DNA of 64,000 nt from positions 68,517-132,516 of the forward strand of contig DAOOUQ010000005.1 in the NCBI GenBank assembly GCA_035390825.1. The letters run 5' to 3'. Origin of the DNA: Bacteroidales bacterium. Its GTDB lineage: Bacteria > Bacteroidota > Bacteroidia > Bacteroidales > VadinHA17. Positions 44,832 through 54,144 of this stretch are shown here, piece by piece; position 1 is the first letter of the stretch, and each line of letters starts with the position of its first letter. The notes beneath the pieces are model-generated. The model made no database searches. It saw only the letters and a program-made list of their open reading frames with translations, and was not told the DNA's origin. The position numbers and the translations under genes were made by a program.

Positions 44832-47654
44832 ATGAAAAAAGCATCAGGCATTGTGTTGAAGATTTTACTGGGTTTGGTTATTGCCATTGTTATATTCTTA
44901 TTTCTGGTTCCGGTGGTCTTCAAGGATAAAATAAAGACAACCATTGAAAAATCAGTCAGTGAATCGGTAAATGCCAAATTAAGTATTGAAGATTATAAAT
45001 TTGGCTTTTTCAGGAATTTTCCAAAACTGACGCTTTCACTTGATGGTCTTTCATTATCAGGCATTGATGAGTTTGAGGGCGATACATTGCTGCGGTGTAA
45101 ATCGGTGAGTCTTGTATTCAACCTTGGCAGCCTGTTCAAAAAAACCGGTTATGAGGTAAAATCATTGGTCTTGCAGGACGCCTCTCTCCTTGCGATGGTT
45201 AACAGGGATGGTAAGCCAAACTGGGACATAATGAAGGAAAGTGAATCTGAAACCGGAACACCTGCCGGCGAAACTGAATCGGCTGTGAAAATTCTTCTCC
45301 GGCAGGTTAAAATACTTAACTCCTCAATTGCATATATCGATAAGGAATCTGACATGGAAGCATTTTTGCGGGATTTAAATGCTTCCATGTCAGGCGATCT
45401 TACTTCGAGCGTCACAAATCTTGAGATCAGGATGAAGGTCGGTGACGTTACCTATCTCATGGATGGGATCAGGTATCTAAATAAAGCCGTGGCTGATGCA
45501 GATGTTCACCTGAAAGCCAATCTCGACAGCATGAAATTCTACCTTGCCGACAACTACCTGCTGCTGAATGATATGCTGCTTAACTTCGAAGGGATGGTTG
45601 CAATGCCTGGCGATGATATTGAAACAGACCTTGCTTTTAAATCAGGTAAGACTTCATTGAAATCACTCATGTCGCTAATCCCTTCAGTTTATATGTCGGG
45701 CTATGAAAATCTCCGTACTGAAGGAGAATTCACTTTCGAGGGAACGGCAAAAGGTGTTTATAGTGATGCTGACAGCACAATTCCTGATGTGGCTTTGTCG
45801 CTCAATGTAAGCCGAGGATTGGTAAGTTATCCCTCATTGCCTGAAAAGATCCGTAATATAAATATCAAATCCGATGTCTATGTCGATGGCAGGGATATGG
45901 ATAAAACCACAGTCGACGTAAGCAAATTTCATATGGAGCTTGCCGGGAATCCGTTCGATATGAGCTTATCGCTTAAAACACCAATGAGTGATCCTGATTT
46001 CAATGCCTCTGTGAACGGTAAGATCGACCTGACCGCACTATCAAAGGCAGTGCCCCTCGACAGTATTTCATTGTCGGGACTAATCGATGTTGCAGTTAAA
46101 ATGGCAGGAAAGATGTCCATGCTTGATAATAAACAATACGACCGGTTCAGTGCACTTGGAAATCTGAACGTTAGCAATATGGCGGTGGAAATGACCGGCT
46201 ACCCCGGCATAAAGATTGAAAAGGCAGGTTTTGAGATATCACCTTCGTATGCCCTGCTTAAGGACACAAAAATAAGTGTAGGCAACAATAGCGATTTTTC
46301 ACTTGCCGGAAAGCTTGAAAACTTTATTCCCTATTTATTCAAGGGCGAAATAATCAGGGGTAACTTATCACTTCAGTCAAATCTTGTTGATCTGACTGAA
46401 ATAATGTCGGGAATGAAGCCGGACAGCACAACGAATGACACATCTTCCCTTTCGGTGATAAAAATCCCGGAAAACATCGATTTCAACTTTAATGCTGCGA
46501 TCAGCCGGTTTAAATATAACAACATAGATGTTAAGAACTTAAAGGGAAACATAAATGTCAGAAACGGTGTGCTTAGTATTAAGGATGCCGGAATGGATTT
46601 TCTCGGGGGGAAAATAGCAATGGATGCCGATTATGATACCCGCGATTCTCTGAAACCAATGGTTAGGGCCGGTTTCAGCATGGAGAACATTGGGGTAAAA
46701 GATGCATTCAATTCTTTCAATACAATCCAGAAACTTGCCCCGGCAGCAAAAGGCATTAACGGAAAAGTCGGGATCAGGCTTTCATACTCAAGCCTTCTCG
46801 GCAAAGACTTCATGCCTCTTATATCTTCAATAAGCGGCAGCGGTAAACTGACCACCAATGAGGTAACACTTGTTGAATCGGTTGCATACAACAAGATAAA
46901 AGAAACTCTTAAGCTGAACGAAAACTATTCCAACACTTTCAGGGATCTGAATATCAGCTTCAGGATAAGTGATGGCAGGATAATTGTCAGCCCTTTCAAC
47001 ACAAAAGTTGGTAATATCAAAATGAATATCAGCGGTGACCAGGGTATCGATCAGACAATAAATTATATCGTTAAAACAGAAATCCCGAGAGCCGATCTCG
47101 GTAACTCGGTTAATGCTCTGATTAATAACCTTTCGGCACAGGCATCATCATTTGGTCTGGCGTTTAAACCTTCTGACATCCTTAAGGTCAATGTAAAGAT
47201 TACCGGGACATTTCTGAAGCCGCTTGTCACGCCTGTATTCGGGAGCGCATCGCCAGACAGTTCGGGAGTTACGTCGACTGTCAGGGAATCAGTGAAGAAC
47301 GCGGTGGAGGAACATACAGTCGTGGTGAAGGAGAAGGTGAGAGGCGAAGCTGAAATCCAGGCCGACCGGCTTGTGCGTGAAGCAGAAGATAAGGCGTCAT
47401 TATTAAGGGAGGAAGCAGCCAGGTCGGCAGAGAAGATGAAACTGGAAGCAGACCAGCAGGCGCAGAAATTGATAAAGGAAGCAGAGCCAAAGGGAACCGT
47501 GGCCAGGCTGGCTGCACAAAAGGCAGCCGATGCTGTCAGAAAGGAAGCTGAAAGAAGAGCCGGCCAGATTGTAAAGGAGGCTGACGCCAAGGCAACGAAA
47601 ATGGTGGATGAGGCAAAAGCAAAACGTCAGGATATGCTTGATAAACTTCAGTGA
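44832..47654 (+). CDS. AsmA-family outer-membrane biogenesis / lipid-transfer-like protein with a C-terminal E/A/K-rich helical tail
   Basis: The start is taken at MKKASGIVLKILLGLVIAIVIFLF (N-terminal TM anchor). The upstream 40 codons in the track overlap the tRNA promoter. The body is long and beta-rich, with AsmA-like N-terminal (FRNFPKLTLSLDGLSL) and C-terminal regions. The last 110 aa are a charged helical repeat. Confidence 0.6.
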   Translation: MKKASGIVLKILLGLVIAIVIFLFLVPVVFKDKIKTTIEKSVSESVNAKLSIEDYKFGFFRNFPKLTLSLDGLSLSGIDEFEGDTLLRCKSVSLVFNLGSLFKKTGYEVKSLVLQDASLLAMVNRDGKPNWDIMKESESETGTPAGETESAVKILLRQVKILNSSIAYIDKESDMEAFLRDLNASMSGDLTSSVTNLEIRMKVGDVTYLMDGIRYLNKAVADADVHLKANLDSMKFYLADNYLLLNDMLLNFEGMVAMPGDDIETDLAFKSGKTSLKSLMSLIPSVYMSGYENLRTEGEFTFEGTAKGVYSDADSTIPDVALSLNVSRGLVSYPSLPEKIRNINIKSDVYVDGRDMDKTTVDVSKFHMELAGNPFDMSLSLKTPMSDPDFNASVNGKIDLTALSKAVPLDSISLSGLIDVAVKMAGKMSMLDNKQYDRFSALGNLNVSNMAVEMTGYPGIKIEKAGFEISPSYALLKDTKISVGNNSDFSLAGKLENFIPYLFKGEIIRGNLSLQSNLVDLTEIMSGMKPDSTTNDTSSLSVIKIPENIDFNFNAAISRFKYNNIDVKNLKGNINVRNGVLSIKDAGMDFLGGKIAMDADYDTRDSLKPMVRAGFSMENIGVKDAFNSFNTIQKLAPAAKGINGKVGIRLSYSSLLGKDFMPLISSISGSGKLTTNEVTLVESVAYNKIKETLKLNENYSNTFRDLNISFRISDGRIIVSPFNTKVGNIKMNISGDQGIDQTINYIVKTEIPRADLGNSVNALINNLSAQASSFGLAFKPSDILKVNVKITGTFLKPLVTPVFGSASPDSSGVTSTVRESVKNAVEEHTVVVKEKVRGEAEIQADRLVREAEDKASLLREEAARSAEKMKLEADQQAQKLIKEAEPKGTVARLAAQKAADAVRKEAERRAGQIVKEADAKATKMVDEAKAKRQDMLDKLQ

Positions 47655-47670
47655 ACCTGATATATCAATA

Positions 47671-47706
47671 AAAAAGACTGTCCGAAACGAACAGTCTTTT
47701 TTTTAT
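47671..47706. terminator. Bidirectional Rho-independent terminator between the asmA-like gene and rplS
   Basis: AAAAGACTGT (47672-47681) pairs with ACAGTCTTTT (47691-47700) around a 9-nt loop. A T-run follows on the plus strand and an A-run precedes, which reads as a T-run on the minus strand. Confidence 0.75.
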
Positions 47707-47719
47707 CCGAAAGATAATA

Positions 47720-48067
47720 TCAGAATTTCTTTTCGCGGATACGTGCCTTTTTGCCTGTAAGATTACGCAGATAGAATATTCTTGCCCTGCGTACCTTGCC
47801 GTGCTTGTTGACTTCAATTTTATCTATGGAAGGAGATGAAAAAGGAAAAATTCTTTCAACACCGATGTTTCCCGACATTTTTCTTACAGTGAAAGTTTCG
47901 GTATGACCGCTTCCGCTCCTTTGAATGACAACCCCGCGGAACTGCTGAATTCTTTCCTTGTTACCTTCTTTAATCTTATAATGAACAGTAACGGTGTCTC
48001 CTGCAATAAATTTGGGAAACTCATTGGTTACTGCAAATTCCTTTTGAACAACATCCATTAAATTCAT
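47720..48067 (-). CDS. rplS: 50S ribosomal protein L19
   Basis: 115 aa. Motifs: [31 protein letters not shown]...TFTVRK...[18 protein letters not shown]. The true start may be the fourth codon (ATG at 48058), judging by the spacing of an AAGGAG box. Confidence 0.9.
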   Translation of the reverse strand: MNLMDVVQKEFAVTNEFPKFIAGDTVTVHYKIKEGNKERIQQFRGVVIQRSGSGHTETFTVRKMSGNIGVERIFPFSSPSIDKIEVNKHGKVRRARIFYLRNLTGKKARIREKKF

Positions 48068-48101
48068 CTCTCCTTATTTTTCATATACTTAAAACAGGTC
48101 G

Positions 48102-48109
48102 CAAAGATA
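48102..48109 (-). promoter_or_regulatory. -7 promoter box TATCTTTG for rplS
   Basis: Exact TAnnTTTG on the minus strand, about 35 nt upstream of the annotated ATG. Confidence 0.45.
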
Positions 48110-48179
48110 CAAAAATCTTTTACATAATAAATTGTACTTGCAAAAATCTTTATCAAGAGTTATTTCAACAGCAAAGCGA

Positions 48180-49868
48180 CTATTTCTCCTTTAATCTCCA
48201 TCCTGCGTCCTTCACAATAGCACGGTACCATTCTTCACTGTAGCCAGGCTGTGATACTTTCGGGGTAATATATTTGTATCCGGCAGGGACAGGACGTTTC
48301 TCCTTTACGTTGCCGTCAACATATTTTGTAAACAGGAACTGATAGAATGACTTCCACTGGCTCACAGTATTATTGCCTGCATTGACTGAATAATTGGTAA
48401 GAAACCGGATGGCTTTTTTAGGACTCTTTTTATAAAGTTCTTCTGCTGTCTTATCAACACCGGGGATCTCGGCCATATATCCATCCTCCAGTTCGCTCTG
48501 TTTTTTTTGTATTTCATCAATCATCAGGCTTGTACGCGTGTATGCGAAATTTGTGAGCTGGTTGAAGACCCAGAATCCTGAATTTTCACTGAATGTCATC
48601 ATATCGCCATTTCCGACTGCATACGATTCAGGGACGCGTGTTATTCCGCAATATATCGGCGAATAGACCGTGTAATACGTGTCATCGACACCAAACCAGA
48701 ATATTCCGCCAATGGGATCGGGGAGCCACGACCTGCTCTGTGCGACAAATGAAAATCCTGTCTGCTGGGTTGAAATTGCCCTTTCATGAATGTATGTAAC
48801 CCCGTCGACTTTCCATTCCATGGGTCTCCACCTTACTGTACTTTTATACGGACCTGCGCCGATATCCTTTGTCATATCCATAATTGTACCCTGGTAATAA
48901 TTTCTCATCATACCCATTACATCTTTCACACCGAGCTTTTTGTCAGGTTTGATCCACAGTGGCATTCTGTTTTTAAGGTTTTCGCCAAGGGCATAATCCA
49001 GATATTTTCCCATATCACTGTTCACCATGTTGAATCCTGACCATACTCTTGCTTCGCAAAAACGGGCTGCGCCGAAATCCAATGGGGCGAAGGTGTCACT
49101 GAAGCTGAAATCCCTGTCTTCACCTTTAAACCAGCCATAAGAGCGTGCAACATCTATTACGTCGTATGCATATACGGTTTCAACCTCGGGATTGAATATT
49201 TTGGACAGGTCCCTGGAAGTAATGGATTTTACGCCGTCGGCAAGCGGGAACGTTGTTATTCTTGGGTGATTGGCATGTCCGGAGATATATCCATCGGGAA
49301 TTCTCCTTGCAACCCATACAGCTCCCTTTTTCCCGGGGCCTTTCCCGATAAGCTCAAGGATCCATGCCTCGTTGGCATCGGCTATTGAAAAAGATTCTCC
49401 TGAACTGGCATAACCGTATTCCGAGACCAGCTGTGAGAAATTCAGGATGGCTTCCCGTGCATTTCTGGCCCTCTGAAGGGTAAGATATATCAATGAACCA
49501 TAATCAATTATTGCAGTAGTGTCGGAGAGCTCCGGCCTGCCACCGAATGTGGTTTCTCCAATGGAAAGCTGATGCTGGTTCATGTTGCCAACAACTGAAT
49601 ATGTAATTGCGGCCTGTGGGATTTTTCCCATGAATTTCCCTGTATCCCACTCATAAACATCAACCATTGATCCTGCAGGCCAGGCTTTTGCCGGCCAATA
49701 GTATAACTCACCGTAAAGAACGTGTGAATCGGCTGAATAGGTTATCATCACTGAACCGTCTTTTGATGCCCCTTTTGTTATAAGGAAATTCGTGCAGGCA
49801 AACGATTGATTATCCTGCAAAAACATGGCAAACAATAAAACCATCCCTATGAATCGTATTGTTTTCAT
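48180..49868 (-). CDS. C69-family dipeptidase (Ntn-hydrolase cysteine peptidase)
   Basis: 562 aa. A signal peptide is followed by the N-terminal nucleophile context FACTNFLITKGASKDGSVMITYSADS. Confidence 0.85.
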   Translation of the reverse strand: MKTIRFIGMVLLFAMFLQDNQSFACTNFLITKGASKDGSVMITYSADSHVLYGELYYWPAKAWPAGSMVDVYEWDTGKFMGKIPQAAITYSVVGNMNQHQLSIGETTFGGRPELSDTTAIIDYGSLIYLTLQRARNAREAILNFSQLVSEYGYASSGESFSIADANEAWILELIGKGPGKKGAVWVARRIPDGYISGHANHPRITTFPLADGVKSITSRDLSKIFNPEVETVYAYDVIDVARSYGWFKGEDRDFSFSDTFAPLDFGAARFCEARVWSGFNMVNSDMGKYLDYALGENLKNRMPLWIKPDKKLGVKDVMGMMRNYYQGTIMDMTKDIGAGPYKSTVRWRPMEWKVDGVTYIHERAISTQQTGFSFVAQSRSWLPDPIGGIFWFGVDDTYYTVYSPIYCGITRVPESYAVGNGDMMTFSENSGFWVFNQLTNFAYTRTSLMIDEIQKKQSELEDGYMAEIPGVDKTAEELYKKSPKKAIRFLTNYSVNAGNNTVSQWKSFYQFLFTKYVDGNVKEKRPVPAGYKYITPKVSQPGYSEEWYRAIVKDAGWRLKEK

Positions 49869-49915
49869 ATTAAAGAGAAATATTGGATAATGAATTAATT
49901 ATTAACTGAAACCTG

Positions 49916-49945
49916 CAAAGGTAAGAAGACAGATAACATTTCAAA
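49916..49945 (-). promoter_or_regulatory. Bacteroidota promoter for the C69 dipeptidase: -33 TTTG and -7 TACCTTTG
   Basis: The minus strand reads CACTTTG-(18 nt)-TACCTTTGCAGG. The -7 box ends about 47 nt upstream of the ATG at 49868. Confidence 0.5.
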
Positions 49946-49951
49946 GTGATA

Positions 49952-50695
49952 TCATATCATTTTGAGGATACCTGCGATTTTTTTTATTCTGTCCGTATCA
50001 GCTACTTTTCTTGAGAATTCAGGAAGACCCTTAATTCCCATATTTATGCCCTGGCGCCTGAATATCATGCCGCTGTCAACAGGGCTGCGCGCTGTAAGAT
50101 GGATCTCACTCACTTTTGTGGCTGTGACTATCGTGGCAACATTTGATTCGTCAATTCCTCCTCCCGGCATGATAATTATCCTGTCAGCGGCCTGAACAAC
50201 AAGGCTCCTGATCATTTCTATCCCATCCCTTGCCGAGTTCCTCAAGCCTGAAGTCAGCAACCGTTCTGCCCCGGTATCAATGACATCCTCCAGCCCGCGT
50301 ACAGGATCATTGCACAGGTCAAATGCCCGGTGAAAGGTGGCAGACATCGGATGAGCAAATTCAAAAAGCCGGGCTGTCCGGTCAACATCAATGTTCCCTC
50401 CTTCAAGCAAAATACCTGTTACAATGCCATCAACACCGCATTCTCCGCACATTTCAATATCTCTTCTCATGATATCATATTCAATTACGGAATAAAGGAA
50501 ATCACCCCCCCTGGGGCGTATGATGACATGAAGCCCAATGGTCAGATTGTTCCTTGCCGCGACAATTGAACCGTAGCTCGGCGTTGTGCCACCTTCAATG
50601 AGATTGTCGCAGTATTCAACTCTTGATGCTCCGGCTGATTGTGCATTAAGCGCTGATTCTATGCTGTCGACACAAATTTCAAGTTTGCAGTTCAT
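49952..50695 (-). CDS. cutC: Copper homeostasis protein CutC family
   Basis: 247 aa. N-terminus KLEICVDSIESALNAQSAGASRVEYC, followed by HRAFD and a TIM-barrel-like profile. Confidence 0.85.
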   Translation of the reverse strand: MNCKLEICVDSIESALNAQSAGASRVEYCDNLIEGGTTPSYGSIVAARNNLTIGLHVIIRPRGGDFLYSVIEYDIMRRDIEMCGECGVDGIVTGILLEGGNIDVDRTARLFEFAHPMSATFHRAFDLCNDPVRGLEDVIDTGAERLLTSGLRNSARDGIEMIRSLVVQAADRIIIMPGGGIDESNVATIVTATKVSEIHLTARSPVDSGMIFRRQGINMGIKGLPEFSRKVADTDRIKKIAGILKMI

Positions 50696-50751
50696 CTACA
50701 AAAATCATTCAGGTTAATAAAAGTAACAATATTTTCCGTATTATTGTGTGG

Positions 50752-50759
50752 CAAAACTA
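50752..50759 (-). promoter_or_regulatory. Possible -7 box TAGTTTTG for cutC
   Basis: Exact TAnnTTTG on the minus strand, 57 nt upstream of the cutC ATG and next to the divergent nucleotidyltransferase start. Confidence 0.3.
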
Positions 50760-50766
50760 TTATCAT

Positions 50767-51666
50767 ATGAAACCGACACTATTGGTACTGGCTGCCGGAA
50801 TGGGCACACGTTACGGGGGTAACAAGCAACTTGATGAAGTTGGACCCTCAGGTGAAACTATTATTGACTATTCTATCTATGATGCGATACGTGCCGGTTT
50901 CGGCAGGATTGTATTTGTTATCCGCAGGGATATTGAGGAACAGGTTAAGGAGAGGTTCGTCGACAGGCTTCAGGGCAAAATTGATGTTGATTATGTTTTT
51001 CAGGAAATTAACAACCTGCCGGAAGGTGTGAAAGTAGCACCCGAACGGTCAAAACCCTGGGGTACAAGCCATGCCATTCTGGTTACAAAGGATAAAATTA
51101 AGGAACCTTTTGGAGTGATAAATGCCGACGACTTTTATGGTATGGAATCATTCAGAATACTTCACGACTTCCTTGTAAATGATAAGAATTCAGTGAATTA
51201 CTGCATCGTTGGGTATAAACTCGGAAATACGCTGTCGGATCACGGACATGTAAACAGGGGAGTATGCAGTGCCGGAGCAGACGGATTCCTGCAGAACATT
51301 GTTGAAACACGTCAGATCGAAAAGACCAAAACGGGAGCTGTCGCCCCAGGGCCTGACGGCACCCCGATACAATTCACCGGGAATGAAATTGTGTCAATGA
51401 ACCTCTGGGGATTCAAGCCTACATGCTATGAATTTCTCGAAAAAGAGTTTCGTAACTTCATACATAACCATGGAATGGATCTGAAATCGGAACTTGACAT
51501 TCCGACGTCTGTTGACAAATTTGTGAAAAGCGGAGAAATCACAATCCAGATACTTATGAGCAACGAACGGTGGTTTGGTGTTACTTACAGAGAGGATAAA
51601 CCATTTGTTGTCGAAAGCATAAAGAATATGATAAGAAAGGGAATTTATCCGGCACGCATTTACTGA
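50767..51666 (+). CDS. Sugar-phosphate nucleotidyltransferase (NTP-transferase fold)
   Basis: The start is taken at MKPTLLVLAAGMGTRYGG (the G-rich NTP loop). KPWGTSHA and INADDFYG are also present. Confidence 0.7.
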   Translation: MKPTLLVLAAGMGTRYGGNKQLDEVGPSGETIIDYSIYDAIRAGFGRIVFVIRRDIEEQVKERFVDRLQGKIDVDYVFQEINNLPEGVKVAPERSKPWGTSHAILVTKDKIKEPFGVINADDFYGMESFRILHDFLVNDKNSVNYCIVGYKLGNTLSDHGHVNRGVCSAGADGFLQNIVETRQIEKTKTGAVAPGPDGTPIQFTGNEIVSMNLWGFKPTCYEFLEKEFRNFIHNHGMDLKSELDIPTSVDKFVKSGEITIQILMSNERWFGVTYREDKPFVVESIKNMIRKGIYPARIY

Positions 51667-51672
51667 TAATTT

Positions 51673-53397
51673 TTACCATTCAAATCCGCATTCGTAGGTT
51701 CTGATATTATCCCTGTTGTCTGTAACAGAAAGGTTCAGAATGTGTTTTGTGCCTTTCCGGATCCTTTCGGGATCAAACCTGTAAATCAGGATTTCATTTT
51801 TCTGATCGTATTCAAATAAAGCCCATTTTCCATCAATCTCGGGCTGATAGGTCTTTATTCCCGAAAGATCATCCCTGATTCTCAGCATGAGGCTCTCCCT
51901 TCCTCTGAGGTCAGATCCCGGAGTAAATCCGACGGGCTTTATGGAAGGGGGAATGGTATCGATGCCGACATAAAAATTTCCGAAACTGCCTGAATTTGCC
52001 GTAAGCCTGCCATTATCCCATGATGTGGCAAGCGGAATTTTTTTCCGTTCGTCGGTCAATCTGACTATCAGAAGCTTCGTGCTCTTGCCGGCAGGTATAT
52101 CATCAGGTTTTATTGAGAGATGAAAAGCCTTGTGCAAAGGAGTGTATTTGTTGTGCAGGTGATACAATTCCGAGTACATACCGGGCTGTGCCTCTGTTTT
52201 AAAAAATCTGAACCACAACGTATCATAGAGAGCACCGGCAGGGATGGTAACGGAAACATTTCCGGAAATGAACCTGTTGTTCCTTCCGTATGGCATCATT
52301 GTTGCATCATCGGGTTCAGGCGACAACTGAGAATTCTCCGGAGGATTTACCGATCTGACATTAAATGTCAGCTTTGACCGGTTGCCGTGAATATCAGAAA
52401 CAGTTATCTCAACCTGATGTTTTTTCTTATCGGTGAAACTGTAAATGCCTCTGTTTACAATGTCTTTATAAACGCTTAGCCTGTCGCCCGGAAGAGTATA
52501 GGTTTTTTCATAAAAAGCCTTCTCCCGGATATAGGATTCATAGTCAATATGGCTATTGATATATCCTGATTCATTGAAGCTGAAAGAATCCATTTTGTAG
52601 TTATAAACAACGATGCTGTCAATCCTCATCACGATGGAGAAAACGGAGCATTTGTTATTTGTACTGTTGAGAATATCGTACGACTTTATCCCGAATCCAG
52701 CTTCACCATTTATGGAAATCACATTGTCTGACGAGATGTGGTAATTGCCGTTTCCTCCTGAAACATTAAGCATCAGAGGTTTGTTTTTTCCATTAATGTA
52801 ACTCCCGCGGCCAACAGGATATATGCATAACTTTTCAATTACCGGCCTGAAATTATCAGTAACACCAAATTCAAAAAGAAGAGGATTTACAGGTATCTCT
52901 TCATCTGACTTCCGGATCTCAAAATGGAGATGTGGGCCTGATGAACTACCAGAATTGCCTGAATATGCAATGATATCACCCTTGTTGAAATGAAATCTGT
53001 CTTTTGAGGGCCACAGCGTTATCATGTAAGTTTTTTCCTCATACTGTCTCGATTTAACATAGTTTTCTATTTCGGGCGTGAACCTGTCAAGATGACCGTA
53101 AACCGTTGAATAACCCGAGGGATGCCTCAGGTAAAGAGCCTTGCCGAATCCTCCGGGAGAAACGCTTATCCGATAAATATAGCCCGGAGCCGCTGCCACA
53201 ACTTCCTTGCCCGTTACTCCCTGCGTCTTTATATCTATGCCTGAATGAAAATGATCGGCCCTCAGCTCTCCAAAGTTGGCCGAGAGCGACAATGGTATCC
53301 GGAGCGGTTGAATAAATATGGTACGATCTTTTGGCTCGTCACCGGTGTTGCCGGAAAAAAGCATGTGAACAAATATCAGCAGCACTAAAATCTTCAC
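51673..53397 (-). CDS. M23-family metallopeptidase (LytM/lysostaphin-like) with a large C-terminal beta-rich extension
   Basis: 574 aa with a GTG start. Motifs: HFHSGIDI and GNSGSSSGPHLHFEIR. Confidence 0.8.
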   Translation of the reverse strand: MKILVLLIFVHMLFSGNTGDEPKDRTIFIQPLRIPLSLSANFGELRADHFHSGIDIKTQGVTGKEVVAAAPGYIYRISVSPGGFGKALYLRHPSGYSTVYGHLDRFTPEIENYVKSRQYEEKTYMITLWPSKDRFHFNKGDIIAYSGNSGSSSGPHLHFEIRKSDEEIPVNPLLFEFGVTDNFRPVIEKLCIYPVGRGSYINGKNKPLMLNVSGGNGNYHISSDNVISINGEAGFGIKSYDILNSTNNKCSVFSIVMRIDSIVVYNYKMDSFSFNESGYINSHIDYESYIREKAFYEKTYTLPGDRLSVYKDIVNRGIYSFTDKKKHQVEITVSDIHGNRSKLTFNVRSVNPPENSQLSPEPDDATMMPYGRNNRFISGNVSVTIPAGALYDTLWFRFFKTEAQPGMYSELYHLHNKYTPLHKAFHLSIKPDDIPAGKSTKLLIVRLTDERKKIPLATSWDNGRLTANSGSFGNFYVGIDTIPPSIKPVGFTPGSDLRGRESLMLRIRDDLSGIKTYQPEIDGKWALFEYDQKNEILIYRFDPERIRKGTKHILNLSVTDNRDNIRTYECGFEW

Positions 53398-53422
53398 TTT
53401 GGAAAATATTAAATCAGAGCTG

Positions 53423-53430
53423 CAAAACTA
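53423..53430 (-). promoter_or_regulatory. -7 promoter box TAGTTTTG for the M23 peptidase
   Basis: Exact TAnnTTTG on the minus strand, 25 nt upstream of the GTG at 53397. Confidence 0.4.
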
Positions 53431-53469
53431 TCTGTCTGTCTCGTTCTTCCAAACTATTTAGGTTAAATT

Positions 53470-53500
53470 TTTGAAAATATCATTAACAGTGTTACCTTTG
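53470..53500 (+). promoter_or_regulatory. Bacteroidota promoter for the coiled-coil/zapA operon: -33 TTTG and -7 TACCTTTG
   Basis: TTTG at 53470-53473, a 19-nt spacer, then TACCTTTG at 53493-53500. The ATG at 53517 follows 16 nt later. Confidence 0.5.
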
Positions 53501-53516
53501 CAGTAAAGATGATTAT

Positions 53517-53810
53517 ATGATCGGTCAGGGTCTTGAGGAACTGAATATTCTGAACAAAAAAATAGATGAATTGTTAGAAAGATATTCAGGGCTTAAGGCT
53601 AAAAACTGCGAACTGAAGGACGAAATTGAGATTCTCAAACGGGACCTTCAGGCAAAGAATGAAAAGATTAACGATCTTGAAGCTAAATACGAAAGGTTAA
53701 AATTAACGGGAGCATTAATGGGAGAAGGCCGTAACGCGGCCGAGGCGAGAAAGAGGATTAATGAATTAGTGCGGGAAATAGACAGATGTGTTGCTCTTTT
53801 GAACAGATAA
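53517..53810 (+). CDS. Small coiled-coil protein (ZapB-like by architecture only)
   Basis: 97 aa with heptad-rich sequence (LNKKIDELLERYSGLKAKNCELKDEIEILKRDLQAKNEKINDLEAKYERLKL). It lies 9 nt upstream of zapA. Confidence 0.5.
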   Translation: MIGQGLEELNILNKKIDELLERYSGLKAKNCELKDEIEILKRDLQAKNEKINDLEAKYERLKLTGALMGEGRNAAEARKRINELVREIDRCVALLNR

Positions 53811-53819
53811 AATATAGCA

Positions 53820-54107
53820 ATGGATGATAAGCTTTCGATCAGGGTTAATGTGGCTGACAGGTATTATCCATTGAAGGTGGAACGGGAGAATGAAGAGAAA
53901 ATAAGGAAGGCGGCCAGGATGATCAATGAAAAGGTGCTTCAATACAAGCAGCGGTACACCGACAAGGATGTTCAGGATTTTCTGGCAATGGCTTCTCTTC
54001 AGTATGTGATCAGGCTGATTGAGGATGAGGAAAAGATTACCTCTGATCACCTGACGGGAAATGTAAAGGAACTTATTGATAAAATTGATAAAGTTCTGGA
54101 GGATTAA
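53820..54107 (+). CDS. zapA: Cell division protein ZapA
   Basis: 95 aa. MDDKLSIRVNVADRYYPLKVERENEEKIRKAARMINEKV...FLAMASLQY matches the ZapA pattern (I.I.G..Y.L....EE....A...I......LA.LAAL). Confidence 0.75.
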   Translation: MDDKLSIRVNVADRYYPLKVERENEEKIRKAARMINEKVLQYKQRYTDKDVQDFLAMASLQYVIRLIEDEEKITSDHLTGNVKELIDKIDKVLED

Positions 54108-54144
54108 GAGTAACAGCGTTCTTTTAAATATTACAAACTTTTTG

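Noticed and set aside
44575-44840. tRNA-Arg as the attachment site of an integrated element
   Set aside because: No integrase, no direct repeat of the tRNA 3' end and no compositional break is visible on either side. The flanking genes (capD, asmA-like, rplS) are core functions.
47063-47590. 175-aa and 78-aa antisense ORFs rich in A/S/L opposite the AsmA-like C-terminal tail
   Set aside because: They are mirror images of the GAA/GCA/AAG-rich coding repeat of the E/A/K tail. Open frames on the opposite strand are an expected compositional artefact.
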